Counted from the stretch's first letter, positions 24,584 to 37,622 are shown. The stretch: DNA of 64,000 nt from Cyanophora paradoxa CCMP329 (GCA_004431415.1 QPMI01000031.1:28604-92603), one strand, 5' to 3'. Notes: generated by a model not told the origin, from the sequence alone. Numbers and translations: made by a program.

Positions 24584-26281
24584 TAGCTGCTGGACCGCGG
24601 CGACCCACCCTGCGACCCTAGGCCCCGGGGTTCCCGCATGAGCACGTCCCTCATGTAGAGATACTCGATAACGGCCTCCAGCTCCTCCACCTCCTTTATG
24701 TACATGCGCTCCTCCTTCCGCCACACCTTCGCCTCACGCTCCAACTCCAAGTCCCAATTCCTCTTCATCCTTGAGACCTGCGCCGCGCCGCGTTACGCGC
24801 CAGCGGGCGCACGCACGCGTGTGGGCAATCGCGGACCTTGTTTTCCAAGTCATCCACCTTCGTCTGCAGCGCAGCGTTCTGGTTCTGCAGCTCCTCGCAC
24901 TCCTCTTCGAGGTTTTTGACCCGAGTCGCTCTCTGCGGGCGCCGGAGGGACCGCCGTCAGCAGCGCATTGCGGGCGCCGGCGGCGCGGGCGGCGCGGCGG
25001 CCGGCGGGCTCACCAGACTGGCGTTGAGCTGCATCATCTCCTTCTCCAGCTGAGCGATCTTCTCCTCCCGTTGAGCGATCTGCCGCTGCTTCTCCCTGTT
25101 GGCCCACCGCAGATCAGGGAGCTCCCGCTCCAGGGAGCTGCACTTCTGTTGGAGCTCCTCACGCTGCGCCGGTGCACGGAGGAACACGTCGACTTTCGCC
25201 TTCAGTTGATTGGCGAGCTCCGCGCCAGTTAGACCCTTGTCTAGGACATCCTGCGGCCCGAATCAGCGAGGCAAGCTGCGGGCGAAGCGCACGGCGGCGT
25301 GAAACGGCGCGCGCACACGCTGCTGAAGGTACTCGATCGCTTCAAGGAGCTTGGACGCCATGCGAACCGCATCGGAAACCCGCTTGCAGCCGGTGAGCCT
25401 CCGATAGAGTGCGGCGTCCTCCTCCTCGATGCGAAAGCGGTGCCGCCCGGGCTTGTCCCAGGGGTGAATCGATCTTCCTCCTCGCCCGTCATCTCGACAT
25501 CGCACTTGCGCCGCTTGCACTGCTGCTTGGTGGACGTGGCGGGCTTCTTCGGGGCTGGCTTCTTCGCGGCTGAGCTGGCAGGCGACGGCGCGACAGAGGG
25601 ATCGTCCATATACCGCTCCATGGCAACGAAGGGATCCTCATATTGCTCGCTCGGTGCCGCCGCGGGCGAAGGCTGGGAGGTCGCCGCCGCTGCCCGCTTG
25701 CGACTCACGCGCTTAGGCATGTCCACGGGGGTCGCTGGCGAGGCCGCTGCCGCCGGCGGCTGCGTGCGTGGAGGCGTGGCCGGCTGATCATGCGAAGGCT
25801 GCGATTGCGAGGGCGCAGCTACTACCCGCTTGCGACGCGGGCGATCAGGCGTGTACACGGGGGTCGCTGATGAGGCAGCTGCGACAGGCGGCGTACACGG
25901 CTGTACAGGCGTACCCCCCCCCAAAGGCGTCCCTGGCGTCTCACAGCAGCCGCTGCCGGGGCTCTGCTCGAGCTCTGAGCGTACTGGCGAGACTTGTGGG
26001 GAGTCGCTCCCGCCCGCCGGCTCCGCCGCGGGAGGCGCCAGCGCGACCGCGGCCGTCGCATGCGCAGCTGGCGCTGCATGCGCAGGCTGAACGACTTGCT
26101 CGCTCAAAGCTGCGTCGCCAAAGTCGTCTGGATTCACGTCCTCGCCGAGGTCGTCCTGGCTGCCGCAGGTGCTGCCGCCAATCTGGCCGTGCCGCGGCCT
26201 GCCATCGCTGGCGCCGCCCAGCCACGCTCTAATGGAACCGAACGCTGAGCCGACCTTGGCAGACAGCACAGAGAGCGGCAT
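24584..26281 (-). CDS. Hypothetical multi-exon protein with disordered N-half and coiled-coil C-half
   Basis: MPLSVLSAKVG... at 26281; later exons ELQQKCSSLERELPDL...IAQLEKEMMQL, LEEECEELQNQNAALQTKVDDLENK, MKRNWDLELERE. 3' end approximate. Confidence 0.55.
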
Positions 26282-26974
26282 CTCGATCGCCGAACGCTAA
26301 GCTATAAGCGCTTTTGCTTTTCCCGCGCAAGTCCGTGGCTGGCCGCAATCTAGCTGCAGCTGGCCGTGGCTTGGAAGGGGGGGGAGATGGCTTGGGGGGG
26401 ATATAGAATTTGGTCTAGCCAGCTCGAACTCGAACTCAGCCGGCTGATAGCCGCCGTGACACGGCCGTGTTCAAAATTCAAATTCCATCCATTGTTAAAG
26501 CTCGCGAACTAGCGGGATGTCCAAAAGGTCGCGCCGTTTTCGGCCCGTCGAGGTCCGTCCGGGGCCGTCTGCGACATGCGAAACAGCTCCTTACCGGCGC
26601 GGCGGCGGCGGCGAGCTACTATGATACTTATACAAAAATCCCAACACTAATACTGTTACCGATGCAGATCTCTCAGATGAGGTTAACGTTCACGAGGTCG
26701 AGGTCTCGGGTCCAACGGGTCCGAGCAACCAGTCTCTGGAACTTGCAAATGAACTTCGCTGAGCAGGAACTGGGGCTACGCTAGTGAAACGAAACGAAAC
26801 GCGTACGGTGTACAAACAATCTAGCTATAGGCAAATGCGAACACCTCAAGTAAACACTCTGTCAACCATACGCGATCTAATACATGTACAGCCGCACACA
26901 AATGCAATAGAAACTCTGATCTAGAGCTTAAAGCCTTGAAGCTTGCTTCTTTGCACTTTGGAGGGGCCTTACTA

Positions 26975-27462
26975 TCGCGCGGCCGACGCTCCGTAGTCCA
27001 GCCCGACCGAACTCCAAACCCAGCGAACATCGACCGCCCAGCCGCGGCCCCATGCCCGCCACCTCAGCGGAGACAGCAGCCACACCGTCGGATGCGCCCC
27101 CGGACGCACCGACGCCCCGCCCGCTGCTCACGGTCGCCTTTTTGAATGTCGAAAGCCTTGCAGGCATACCTCGGCGCATCTGGCTCACCGGATGGCTCAA
27201 GCGTACCAAAGTGGACGTCCTCGGCATCGTTGACCACCGGCTCAATCCGAAGCAGATCGCGGCCCTTACGCAGCGCATCGAATCATCGTGGCGCGTGCTC
27301 ATCCCGCCCGCCGCAGAGCTTAAACCCAACGTCTGGAGCCGAGGCACCGGTTTCCTCGTCCGCAAAGCCATCCCGGCCCTCCCCGGTGCTACAGCCACGC
27401 TCGTGCCCCTCCCGCCCACGCCGGGCCTGCGGCCGCACGATGCTTCACTACTTCGCCTCTCC
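26975..27462 (+). repeat. 488-bp direct repeat, copy 2
   Basis: Matches 15213-15700 and continues into the rest of the LINE ORF. Confidence 0.95.
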
Positions 27463-30400
27463 AGCGACACCAACGCATACAGCATTATCTGCCTCTACGC
27501 CCCTAATGACGCGGCCTCGCAGAAGCGCCTGGCGGCAGGCGTCACCCAGGCGATCGAATCGCTCCAGCTTCCCCCGAACGACGCCCTCATTCTAGGCGGC
27601 GACCTAAACGCCTACGCGCTCCCGCATTTAGAAAGCCGCCGCCGTGCCGGCGCACCGCCCCCCTTCGGGCACTGGTCCGATCTCATGGCTGACTTGGACC
27701 TGTTCGACGAACATCGCCGCAGGCGGCCGCGAGACCGCATATACACGCGCTGGCACCGCAAGACGAACCGCTTCGACCAGAACGCGGCGCGACTGGACTA
27801 CGTCCTCCTCTCAGCCGACCTCTGCGTCGCGGCGGAGCGCGTCGGTATCCTTCGCACGGCGGGCGCGGCCCCGCGCCCTGACCACGACGCGGTCTACGCG
27901 CGGCTCCATACGGACGCCGTCATCGCGCCCCGGGCGGCCCGCTTCAGGCTCCACGACCGCATCCTCCACTTCCCGCCGTTCCAGCGGTCCGTGCGGGCCT
28001 GCACGGCCGAAGCGCTAACTCGCCAGCCGGCTCTCTGCACCGTGGAGTGGCAGCGCTGGCTCGACGAGCTCTTCGCTGAATACAGGGAGATCGCCCGCCG
28101 TACCCGCCCCAGGCTGACTCGGAGGTCCGAGACGCCCGCGAAGTGATCGCAGGCCTCTGGCGCGACGCGGAACAAGCGCTCCAAGACGCGGAGGTAGACA
28201 CCACCGAAGAAGACTACGCGGTCGCCGATATGGGCTACCTGACCATCCAGGAAGCAGCGCTCGACGCCGCAGACGCGGCTCTTAGCTCCCGCAAGCACCT
28301 AGAACGCTCCCTCGCGCACGCGCACACAGTCCCCCCCGAGCTCGCCCGTCATATTAAGTACTCCTCGGCCGACAACCGTATGCGCTCGCTGCAGCCGTAC
28401 CCCCGCGAGAGGGTACCCCGGCGGCCACGACGGAGGAAGACATGGCGGCGCACGCCTGCGCATACTACACGGAGCTCCTCGCGGCCCAACGCCCGCTTCC
28501 CCCCGACCTCCCGGCGGCCACGCCGCCCTCGGCTCCGGCGGCCCCGGCCCGCCGCCAAGAACCACGGGCAACGGAGCATTCCAATGCTCGCCCAGGCACC
28601 ACCACGGGGTCGGAGCCTGAAGGCGCTCGCCCGTACCAGGGAACGGCTAGGCCGAACCCGCAGACCACGGGGCCCGAGCCGGAAGGCGCTCGCCCGTCCT
28701 TGGAACCGGGAGCCTCGGGCCCCGTGGACGTGACGCCGGAAGCCACCGCCGCTTTCCCGGCGGTCGTCGAGAAGCTGCGCGCTGCCCACCTTCTCACCCC
28801 CGCCGACCCCCTCACGTGTGAGGAAGCCGAGCTCTTGTCCCGCTGCCTCGATACAGCGCCCCCGCCCTTGCACCCCCCGATGTGCGCCCCCTATACGGTT
28901 GGCGAGATCGAGGAAAGCCTAAAAGAGATGAATAAGTCGACAGCGCCGGGCGAGGACGGCCTCTCTGTAAAGTTCTATCTCACGTTCTGGAACATCCTCG
29001 GCCCGATAGTCACAGAAAGCTATAACTGCGCGCGCGCGCTGGGCACCCTATCGGAGCGCCAACGCACGGGGCTAATCCAACTGCTCTATAAGAAAGGAGA
29101 CCGCGATAAAATCCAGAACTGGCGCCCAATCACCCTCCTGCAAATAGACCGCCGCCTCTTCGGAGCGGTTCTCGCGAAGCGCATAGCGCCCGCCTGCCAG
29201 CACACTATCAGCTCCGTCCAAACGGGCTTTATGCCGGACCGCACCGGGGCAGACAACGTCTGGCAGATGCAAGCCGTCATCCGTCACGCGGACCGTACGG
29301 ACCAGCATGTCGTGATACTAAACACCGACTTCGAGAAAGCGTATGACCGCGTAGAACACCTCTATGCGCTCCGGGTCCTAGCGGTCCAGGGCTTCCCGCC
29401 CGAATTCCTCGCCGACGTCCGAGCTATCACGAAAGGCGCTAGATCAAAAGTTATGATCAACGGGCAGATCTTCCCAACCATCATCCCGGTTACGCGCAGC
29501 GCTCTCCAGGGCGACCCATTCGCATGCATGTTCTTCAACACGCAGCAGGAGCCCACCACGCGAGACATCCTCGCGGACCCCGAAATCACAGGCGTACCCG
29601 CCCCTCGGGACCCCGGGATCGAATCCAAGCTGGTCCAATACGCCGACGACGCAGCGCACTCGCTCAAGATCAATCCCCGCAGCCCAGACCCTGGCCTGCC
29701 CGTTAAGAAAACCATAGCTAAGTACCAGAAAGCAGGGAAGTACAACGGCTCCTCGCTCAATCTCGGCAAAACCGAAGGCATGCTCGCGGGAGCCGCAGCA
29801 CCGACAAAGCGGCCCGGCCACCCAATCACCCTCCCAGCATGGACCCAAGCGATTCCGATCCGCTGGGTCAAGTCCACGTCCACGCTCGGTATCCCGCTCG
29901 GCCCGAGGGGCGAATTTGACGCCCGCCCTTACTGGGCTAAGCGTGTAGACGGGATGCGCAGCCGGAGAGCTCGCTGGAACCTGCGCGCGATGCGCGTCCA
30001 CCAACGCGTCTACGTAGCCACGGCCATCGTGGCGTCTGTTAATATGTACGCGGCCGCGTTCCTTCCGTGCCCCCCGTCGGCCCTCCAAGCCATTAAGGAC
30101 GAATACTGGGCAGCAATATGGCCCTCGTCCGCAGATGCACCCGCCCGGAAGCGCAGCGCGCGCGGCCGGATATCACGAGCGAAAGCTGTCCTCCCACCGT
30201 CCAACGGCGGCCTCGGAGCACTCGACCTTGAGAGCCGCCTCCTGGCGCAAGCAGGCACGTACATTCGAGCGCTCTGTGACCCCTCCTTCGCGGTTTGGAA
30301 GCTTTTCGCCGCAGAAGAGATGCAGGAACTAGTGCCCAAGAAATACGCGGCGGCCGCGCAGGCCCTCGGCCTCAACGCGCTGGGCGCCGACCTCCGCTTC

Positions 30401-32057
30401 CGCCCGTATGCAGCCCTCCTCCCTGCTCAGGGGCCCCTCGCACCAGCGGTGCGCATCCTCACGCTCCTACGACCCCCGGAATCGGGCCCGACCCCCTCCG
30501 GTGCCCGCCGCACCGCGCAATCGCGTCCCTGCCGCTCACGCGGGATCGCCTCAGGGCGGAGCCGCTCTGGCTCAACCCGGTGCTCGCCCCGCCTGGCCAA
30601 ACCTGGGGCATAGGCAAAATTGATGAAGCCCTCGCCGCCCGGCTCACTGCCGCCCACCAGATCACCGGCCCCGCGCCCCAAGACCTCTCCCAGGCCGCGT
30701 ACACGCGCCTGAATGAAATCCGCGCCCAGGTCCGCCTTCGCGCAGCCCAGCTCGGCCTCGCCCCTCTCGACACGCCCCCCCAAGCTATCCTCCCCGGGCC
30801 GACCCTCGGATATGGCTGATCGCAGCCCCAGCAGAAGCTGGCGCTGGCCCCAGAAGGCCGCGCTCAGGCCCGATCATCTTCGCGACCCCAGGCACCCCGC
30901 CGCTGGGCTGCACGACCAGCACAATGCCCGACGGCACCATAGTAGGCCCGCCCGGCCCCCCCGCGCCCCTCCCAGCCGCCCCCGCGCTCCTCCCCCGCGC
31001 CCTGATCATCGCCGTCCCACCGGGGTCGGCGAAACAAAAAGCCCGGTGGCCAGACGGCCGCGCCGTGACCGCGGGCCGCCTCGACCGCGCCCCCTGGATC
31101 CACACCGGGCTCCTCTACCGGACCCCGACCGGCCCCCGCCCCTGGCTCCACTACCGCATCTCGGCGGGCTACCGCGCCCTCCGGGCCCAGCCCCCCCGCC
31201 CGGCCCCCGGCCCTCTCGCCCGCTTCGGCCCCCCGCCCCCCGGCAAATGCTGGACCCAGGTGTGGGGCGCGGGCACGCAACATGCCCACCTGTCCCCGTG
31301 GAACCGCGAGACCTGGCTCTGGGCCACCCACGCTTGCCTCCCCGCCGGCCAATTCCTTTTCCATATTGGGGCTCGCCCGACCCCGTTCTGCTGCGCCTGC
31401 CCCGGCTCCGATGTACCCCCCGATACCTCGGACCATGCAGTCTTCTACTGCGAGCCCGCGCGCGCGGCCTGGGAGGAACTGCTCGATAGGTGGAACGATT
31501 TCTACGGCACCTCTATCCCCCTCGAATGCGCGCACGCCCTCACCGGATTCCTAGCCGTCCCAGAAGAGCTTAAAAAGCGCCGCACCGGCTCCGCACGCCA
31601 GAGACGCGAATTCCGCATGCCTCGTAGCCTGCTAGCGGCCCTGGCGGGCCTCATGATCAGCGCTGCATGGTCAGCCCACGTCCGCGCCATCCAGGACAAC
31701 GCCCCCGACAGCACCGACAACACGCCCCGCCGCCCTACCAAGAAATCGATCTGGCAAGCATTTGAGCGCGCAGTCTGGGCCCGCACCCTCCTAGAGCAGA
31801 GCAAGATCGAGCTCGCCACCCGGGGCCTCCCCCAGGACGCGACGCAGCCAACTTTAGACCCGGACACAGTGGCCTGGAACTGGGAGCCGGCCGACCCCGA
31901 CGCGCCCCCGGACGCCCCGGCACCCCCACTCCCCCAGGCGCTCTGGACGGCAGACAGCTTCATTGCCACAGCCCACCGCTCAGCACACGAAACAACCCTC
32001 ACCCGCGGGCCCCTCCTCGACCCGCCGCCGGACTCAGACCCCGACAGCGACGACTGA
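27052..32057 (+). CDS. LINE ORF2: APE endonuclease + reverse transcriptase + C-terminal zinc-binding domain (frameshifted near 28140, 28420, 30500 and 30850)
   Basis: EN: FLNVESL, LYAPN, LGGDLN, RLDYVL, DHDAV. RT: APGEDGL, NWRPITLLQID, QTGFMP, DFEKAYDRV, LQGDP, YADD. C-terminal CCAC...DHAVFYC. Confidence 0.93.
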
Positions 32058-32078
32058 GGCCGCGGCGCCCGGACGCCG

Positions 32079-32873
32079 TCACTCCCAGGGGCACTTCAGC
32101 CCCGCCGGCCGCTCATGCGCGATCGCCTCCAGCCCGTTCGCGGCCGTCCCATCACCTTCCTGCGGACGGGGCAGAACAATGAGAGAAACAACGGGACCAG
32201 CTGCAGAGCCCCGCTGCGCACCAGGAAGTCCATCGCTTGATCGACGGTGAGGAACCGCCGAGAGTCCCGACCCCGGACCCCCGGCACCCGCCACACCTGG
32301 GCCAGAGCGCACTCCCGCCCCGGATAGGTCTCCGTCTGATCCCTGAGCGTAGCGCGAGAAGACGGCCCCCAGCGTGACCGGCGACACCGCGTCATAAGCG
32401 CTGACGAAATCCGCAGCACACAGCGCGCGAGGCGCAGCTGCGCACCAGATCGAGTAAATCCCGGGCCGAATCCCATGGCGCACTGCATAAAACGCCAGCG
32501 TACTCTTCTTCGCGACCTGCGAGCACCCAGGATAGGGCAGCTCGTAGAAGTACGCCCGTACTACGCCATCACGAAACATCGCGGCCGCGGCACGCAGATG
32601 CCCGCGGAGCGTCCTCAACATCGGGAAAGCCGCAGGCACGACCTCGCCAGGGCTCGAGCCGGCGCTCCCAACTACGACAGCGTCGTCCGCAAAACCGCTT
32701 AGAACCTCGCCATCGCTCAACTCGGCTGCAGCCGGGGTCGCAGAAACGCGGTCTTCGCCAACCGCAGCCCGCTTCGCCGAAGGCTCACCCGCGGACGACT
32801 CACTCCCGCTACGCTCCCGCTTGCAATCCGCCTCGCAGCCGGGGCCCGGCGCTCCCTCGGGCATATCCGCCAT
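32079..32873 (-). CDS. Small protein with an RNase H1 N-terminal hybrid-binding (caulimovirus viroplasmin-like) domain, antisense inside the LINE
   Basis: Spliced FYAVRHGIRPGIYSIW|DQTETYPGRECALAQVWRVPG...RRFLTVDQAMDFL matches the HBD pattern FYAVxxGxxxGxxxxWxEC..QV...P....F.T...A..F. GT-AG intron ~32344-32444. 3' end uncertain. Confidence 0.75.
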   Translation of the reverse strand: MADMPEGAPGPGCEADCKRERSGSESSAGEPSAKRAAVGEDRVSATPAAAELSDGEVLSGFADDAVVVGSAGSSPGEVVPAAFPMLRTLRGHLRAAAAMFRDGVVRAYFYELPYPGCSQVAKKSTLAFYAVRHGIRPGIYSIWCAAAPRALCAADFVSAYDAVSPVTLGAVFSRYAQGSDGDLSGAGVRSGPGVAGAGGPGSGLSAVPHRRSSDGLPGAQRGSAAGPVVSLIVLPRPQEGDGTAANGLEAIAHERPAGLKCPWE

Positions 32874-33011
32874 CGCTCCAATGCAAACTAGACCCCACCC
32901 CCCCCCTCGGGGGGTACAAGCCCCTCAATCATGGCCTAGTCCCAGATCCCCCCCTAGATCCCCATACCGGGGACCCCGGCGCTCATTCCCGCCAAGGCAC
33001 CCCGTTGCGAC

Positions 33012-35193
33012 GATGGCGTTCGTCGCCCCGCCCTTCCCGCTGCGCCTACGGGCCTCATCAAGCCCTTCCTCGTCAACGCCGCAAGGCCGGTCTCGCCCAA
33101 GGCTGTCGTCGCCGCCGCCGCCGCGGCCCGCACGTCGACGTCGTCTCCACCCGCGTCGCCGAAGCCCGCGCGCCAATCCTCCTCTAAGTCGAACGAGAGA
33201 CTGAAGGAGAAGCAAGCCGCGCAAGCGCCGCCGCCGCCGGCGCCGGCCGAGGCCGGCCCGTCCAAGGGAACTAAGGTGAATCCCGTGCTGGCCGCGCCGA
33301 GCCCGGCGCTCACGTCCCCAAACAGGGCCGTGGGCGTCCGAAAAACTCCAGCCAGCCCAAGCGCGCCTCGCCGCGGACGCAGAAGAAGGCGACGGCCCCA
33401 ACGGCGCCGGCTCATGACGAGGACCAGGCGAGGCCCATCCCTCATACCCGAGCATCGCGCGCACTAAACAGAGATTATACGCAGCCCGATGAGCGGCAGC
33501 CGCTCCTCCAGGAGGCGCTGCCCGTGCCTAAGCCGCTGCCGACCAAGGCCCCGCCGGCGCCCCGCAACACCAAGCGCGGCAAGATGCTCACAGACCGGTC
33601 GAAGCGCACTCTCGTGCTGTCAAAGCTCAAGGCCGACGCCGCCGTCCTTTACGACAAGGAGCTAGTGCGCGCACCCGCCCCGAAGGCCGCGCCTCTAAAA
33701 CCTGATCCCCGGCCCGGAACCGCGCTCGCAGTACAATAAGCTGATGAAGTTCGGCGACGGCGTCGATTTCACCAAGTTCCCGGACCTCGTCGAGGCGGAT
33801 GGCACGCTGCGGCAGGACTACCTCGAGATCATCGCGAACAAGGCCCTCGAGGCGATCGGCTGGCTCGAGCGCGCCAGCCCCGTCATGACGGAGGTCTACC
33901 TGATCGGCCGCCACAAGAAGGTGGCCCTCCTCCACCTCACCGACATCGAGGTCTCGATGGAAATGAACCGCGAGCTCCGCACCCGCTTCCCCGACGCGCG
34001 CGGCTGCCTCGCCGAGATCGAGCTCGCCCTCGGCCACGCGCACCGCACGCTCAAGGTACGCCGTCGCGCGCGCCGAGTGCGCGCACGTGCCGACGCTGGG
34101 CCCCGGCCCGCAGATCCGCTTCTGCCAGGACCTCTCCGTCGCGAGCCGCCACGCGGTCTACGCCGGCCTCACCGACGAGCAGCGCGAGCTGGGCTGGTCC
34201 TACCGCATCTTCTGCGGCATCCCGGGCGTCTACACCGACGAAGCCTTCGACGAGATGGCCCGGGTCCGCATGCCGAGCCTCCGCTAGCCCAGATAAAGAA
34301 AGATAAAACCGAGCCTAGCAATGGCCCAACCGCCGCGCGACCCCGCCTAAGCCCCGGCCCGTCTGCACAGTCGGTCTGGCTCGAGCCCGCCGTCGTCGAC
34401 GGCAAGATCAAGACCGTGAACCTCACGGCCGACAAGCCCCGCCGCTTCAAGCGCGACGGTGACAACATCGCCGTCCTGGGCAAGGAGATGGAGCCCGTGC
34501 CGGACTCCGACGACTCCGAGGGCGAGGAGCAGGAAGTCCGCGCCCCCACTATACCCCGCCCGACGGCCCGGTACCCCTCCGCTCACACACGCGAGGCAGA
34601 CGCTCTACCCCGACTCGGTGGCCCTCGAGGCCACCAAGAACAGCAAGAAGATCTCCCGGGAGCACCGCATCAACTACCCCGACGGGGTGGGCGGCCGCGC
34701 GTCCTACCGCCCCGGCCACTCCACGGGCGCACGCCGGCTCAACCGCCTCAGCGCCCTCAACGAGGACAAGACCCCCGAGGAGGCCGCCCAGATCGCGGCG
34801 GACCTCGCCGCCCAGTCCCGCAAGCGCGCGATTGAGCGCTTCGGCCCCGACGCCGTCAAGAAGCGCAAGGGCGGCGCCGCCGCCCCGCCCCCGCCGCCGG
34901 GGCCGCCGCCGCCCCCTCCGCCGACGCCTCCGCCGCCGCCGCGGCCGCCGCCGCCGCCGCTGCCGTCGCCGCCGCCGCCGCCGCCGCCGCCGCCCCGGCG
35001 CAGGCCGCCGCCCCGCGCCCGCCCCGGGCCCGGCTCCCGCCCCGGCCCCGGGCCGGCCACCATCTCGCTCACCAACTACCAGGCGGCCCAGCGTGTGCTT
35101 GCCGAGCTCACCTCGGCCCTCGGGGGCCCCGCCGCCATCGAGGCCCTCCTGGCCGGCCGCCGGGCGGCCGCCGCCGACAACGCGGCAGCGTAG
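33012..35193 (+). CDS. Hypothetical multi-exon protein in the 3' part of the LINE (possible ORF1-like protein)
   Basis: Exons join across GT-AG introns (e.g. RTLK|IRFCQDL, EQE|TLYPDSV) with strong GC3 bias. Start uncertain. Confidence 0.6.
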
Positions 35194-36062
35194 ACCTCCC
35201 CCCTCTTTTCGATCCCAACGGCCTCGGCCCTTTCGCCCTTTCGGCCTCAGTCTCCTTTTTCACTTTTCTCTCTTTACAATTCGCGGTAGCACGACTGCCA
35301 AAGAAGGGGGCCTCATGACGAGCCCACCGCCCCCCTCTCTGAGTTAGATAGCTCCATGAAGCAATGTCACCTCCCTACCCCGCCCCCGCGCAAAGCCCTG
35401 CCCACCTGCGGGCCCGCCCCCTCCTAAAGCTTTTCCCCCGGCCCAGAAGCTAGTGACAGACTAGCCCCACGGCCGGTACCCCCGCCACGCCCCTCTGTCC
35501 CCCGAACACACTAGGGCGCCCACCCCGCTCGCAACCGACCGCCCCCGCAGCCCCCCCCGATAATGCCTCTCACCAGGACCACATACTCCCCGCGCCCCAC
35601 ACGCCATAAAAAGAAGGGGGCGCGCCCGCTACCCTAGCCCGCGCCGCCCCCACCCCCCCCTCCCCACCCCTCTTCCCCGCCCGATAAGATTGGCCTCCTC
35701 GGCGCCGACGACCCCCCGCACCTACACTCAAGAACACGACAAACGACCCCCTACCACGCCTCCACCCACAAGAGAAACGCTCAGCTGTAGCGTCGAGGCG
35801 CCTATCCCTGTGTTCCGGCCTCAGGTTATGCTCTGACCCAGAGTTCGGCCTATTCCGAACCGGTAGTGCGTACGATGATGTTACTGAACAAATACAATCG
35901 CCACCGCCCTTGATATGGGCTTTGTGAAAAAAAAAAACGTATATTGCAGATCTAGAGCGAGCTCGCACTCGGACCTGAACACATACAGAGCGGATGTAGA
36001 GCCGGCGCCGACCTGTGGAAAAGGAAGCCGTATCATCAGTGGACTGCAGCAGGAGGTAGATC

Positions 36063-36065
<3 letters not shown>

Positions 36066-36129
<64 letters not shown>
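36066..36129. repeat. (TA)n microsatellite
   Basis: About 32 TA units. Confidence 0.98.
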
Positions 36130-36131
<2 letters not shown>

Positions 36132-37123
36132 CTAGCGCTGGCGCCGGCTCTCTAATTTGTATCTAGAATGATAGCATTAATATTGATACATATAGCAACG
36201 ATAGAATGCAAATGTTACCAACGGATCTCGATTCTCGATCGGCGGTTGAATTCGAATTTCAAAATTTAGATTGCCTATTTCATCTAATTATATAACGCCA
36301 GATCCGTACTATAGCTATGATAGTACAGCTGCAACTCTAGATCTAGTACTATAGGTATAGCTAGTGCAGCTGCAAATCATGAATGAATCACCTTGTCCGA
36401 GGCCTAGGACCGTTCAGTTGAGGCGCCGCCCGGAGAAAAGCACTGCGAGCGTATTTGCAAGTCAGTTCCGGTTTATAAAGATCTAGAGTGCTACGAATAC
36501 AGCCACGATCTAGGCTTGATCTGCGCAGACCAGGGGACATGCAAAGATGAAGCCTATTAGCAGTCGTTGACCATGAGGGGCTGCGGGGCTCTAGAACTCA
36601 ACGAGTCTAGATCCTGGCATTATCTTTAAGAATTCAACATTGACGTCTGAAAACGTGACACCTTGACGTCTGAAACCGTGACTCGGTGATCATGACCCAT
36701 GGCCGGCACCTAGCTAGCACCTTCGGCAAGATAGATACACTGGGAGCCAGGAATTAAGTTTACCACATGGTAAACTTGCAACTTCACTCACTTAGGGCTG
36801 ACTTTACCACACCTGTCTTTACCCCACCTAGGAAAGCCGCGCGGGGGAGCACTGCTGCCGTGCTAAATGTGCTTAGCTAGGCATAAGTGCATGGGATCCA
36901 TTGAGCGCCGATGGCCCGGTAGCTTCTGTGGTCCGTCGTGGATGCGAGCACAACTCGTCAAGAGAGCGACGCATGCGGGCTGCCTTGACTGGTTCAAGTG
37001 TTCTAAAAGGTCGTTTAGAGACGATTTGCAGCTTTTAAGGGGAGGTTGTTGGGCGGCCCGACCTCGGCCAACTTCACCCAGGCCCGACCATTATGAGCTG
37101 GGGCGCAGCGCACAGCGCTTTGA

Positions 37124-37622
37124 ATGCGGTAAGCATTGATTTCAGCTACGTTACAACCGAAGTACGGCTGCCACATCGGTGCTCTTGAGACCGATGGCTG
37201 CCAATGGTTGCGTACCGAACGCTCAGACCGAGCGCCGCCGAGGTAGCCGGCGGTGCTAACGCCTCTAGCTAGCTAGATCGCGTGCTCTAGCTAGTTCTCC
37301 GACCGCCGGGTGCCGCCGTTGGAGCCTTGCTGGTGCGGTGGTCGGACGGGTACCCCCTGCGAGTAGTTCCCCCGGGCAAAGTCGCCGGGGCAAAGTCGCC
37401 GGGGCAAACTTGCCGGGGCGAAGTCGCGGTTTCCGGAGCGCAGGATCTGGAGCTGTGTTCTGCTAGCGTCCAAGTGCTGTCGGCGTGGCAAGCGGTCAAA
37501 GTGCTGTCGGCGTGGAAGCGTGGCACGTGGCGCTCGAAAAGGTGCGCCGGAGGCCTTCTTTCCGCACCCATAGCGGCCTTGCGCGTGCGTCCGTGCGGCC
37601 TCCCTTGACAGGAGCGTCTCTC
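37124..37622. repeat. Dispersed module, copy 1 (others at 39806-40312, ~43470-43802, partial 46788-46882); putative bidirectional promoter
   Basis: Tandem 14-bp CCGGGGCAAAGTCG units and two AAGTGCTGTCGGCGTGG units. In the other three copies it lies between divergent genes. Confidence 0.8.

Larger units (their letters stand above)
15101..35934 (+). mobile_element. L1/Tx1-clade non-LTR retrotransposon (~9.1 kb without the internal insertion and duplication)
   Basis: 16-bp TSD AAACGTATATTGCAGA at 15085-15100 and 35935-35950, an A-run at 35927-35937, and an APE endonuclease + RT ORF inside. Confidence 0.85.

Noticed and set aside
15213-27462. LTR retrotransposon (488-bp direct repeats as LTRs)
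   Set aside because: The repeats are LINE 5'/endonuclease sequence without TG...CA ends, and the interior has no gag, RT or integrase.
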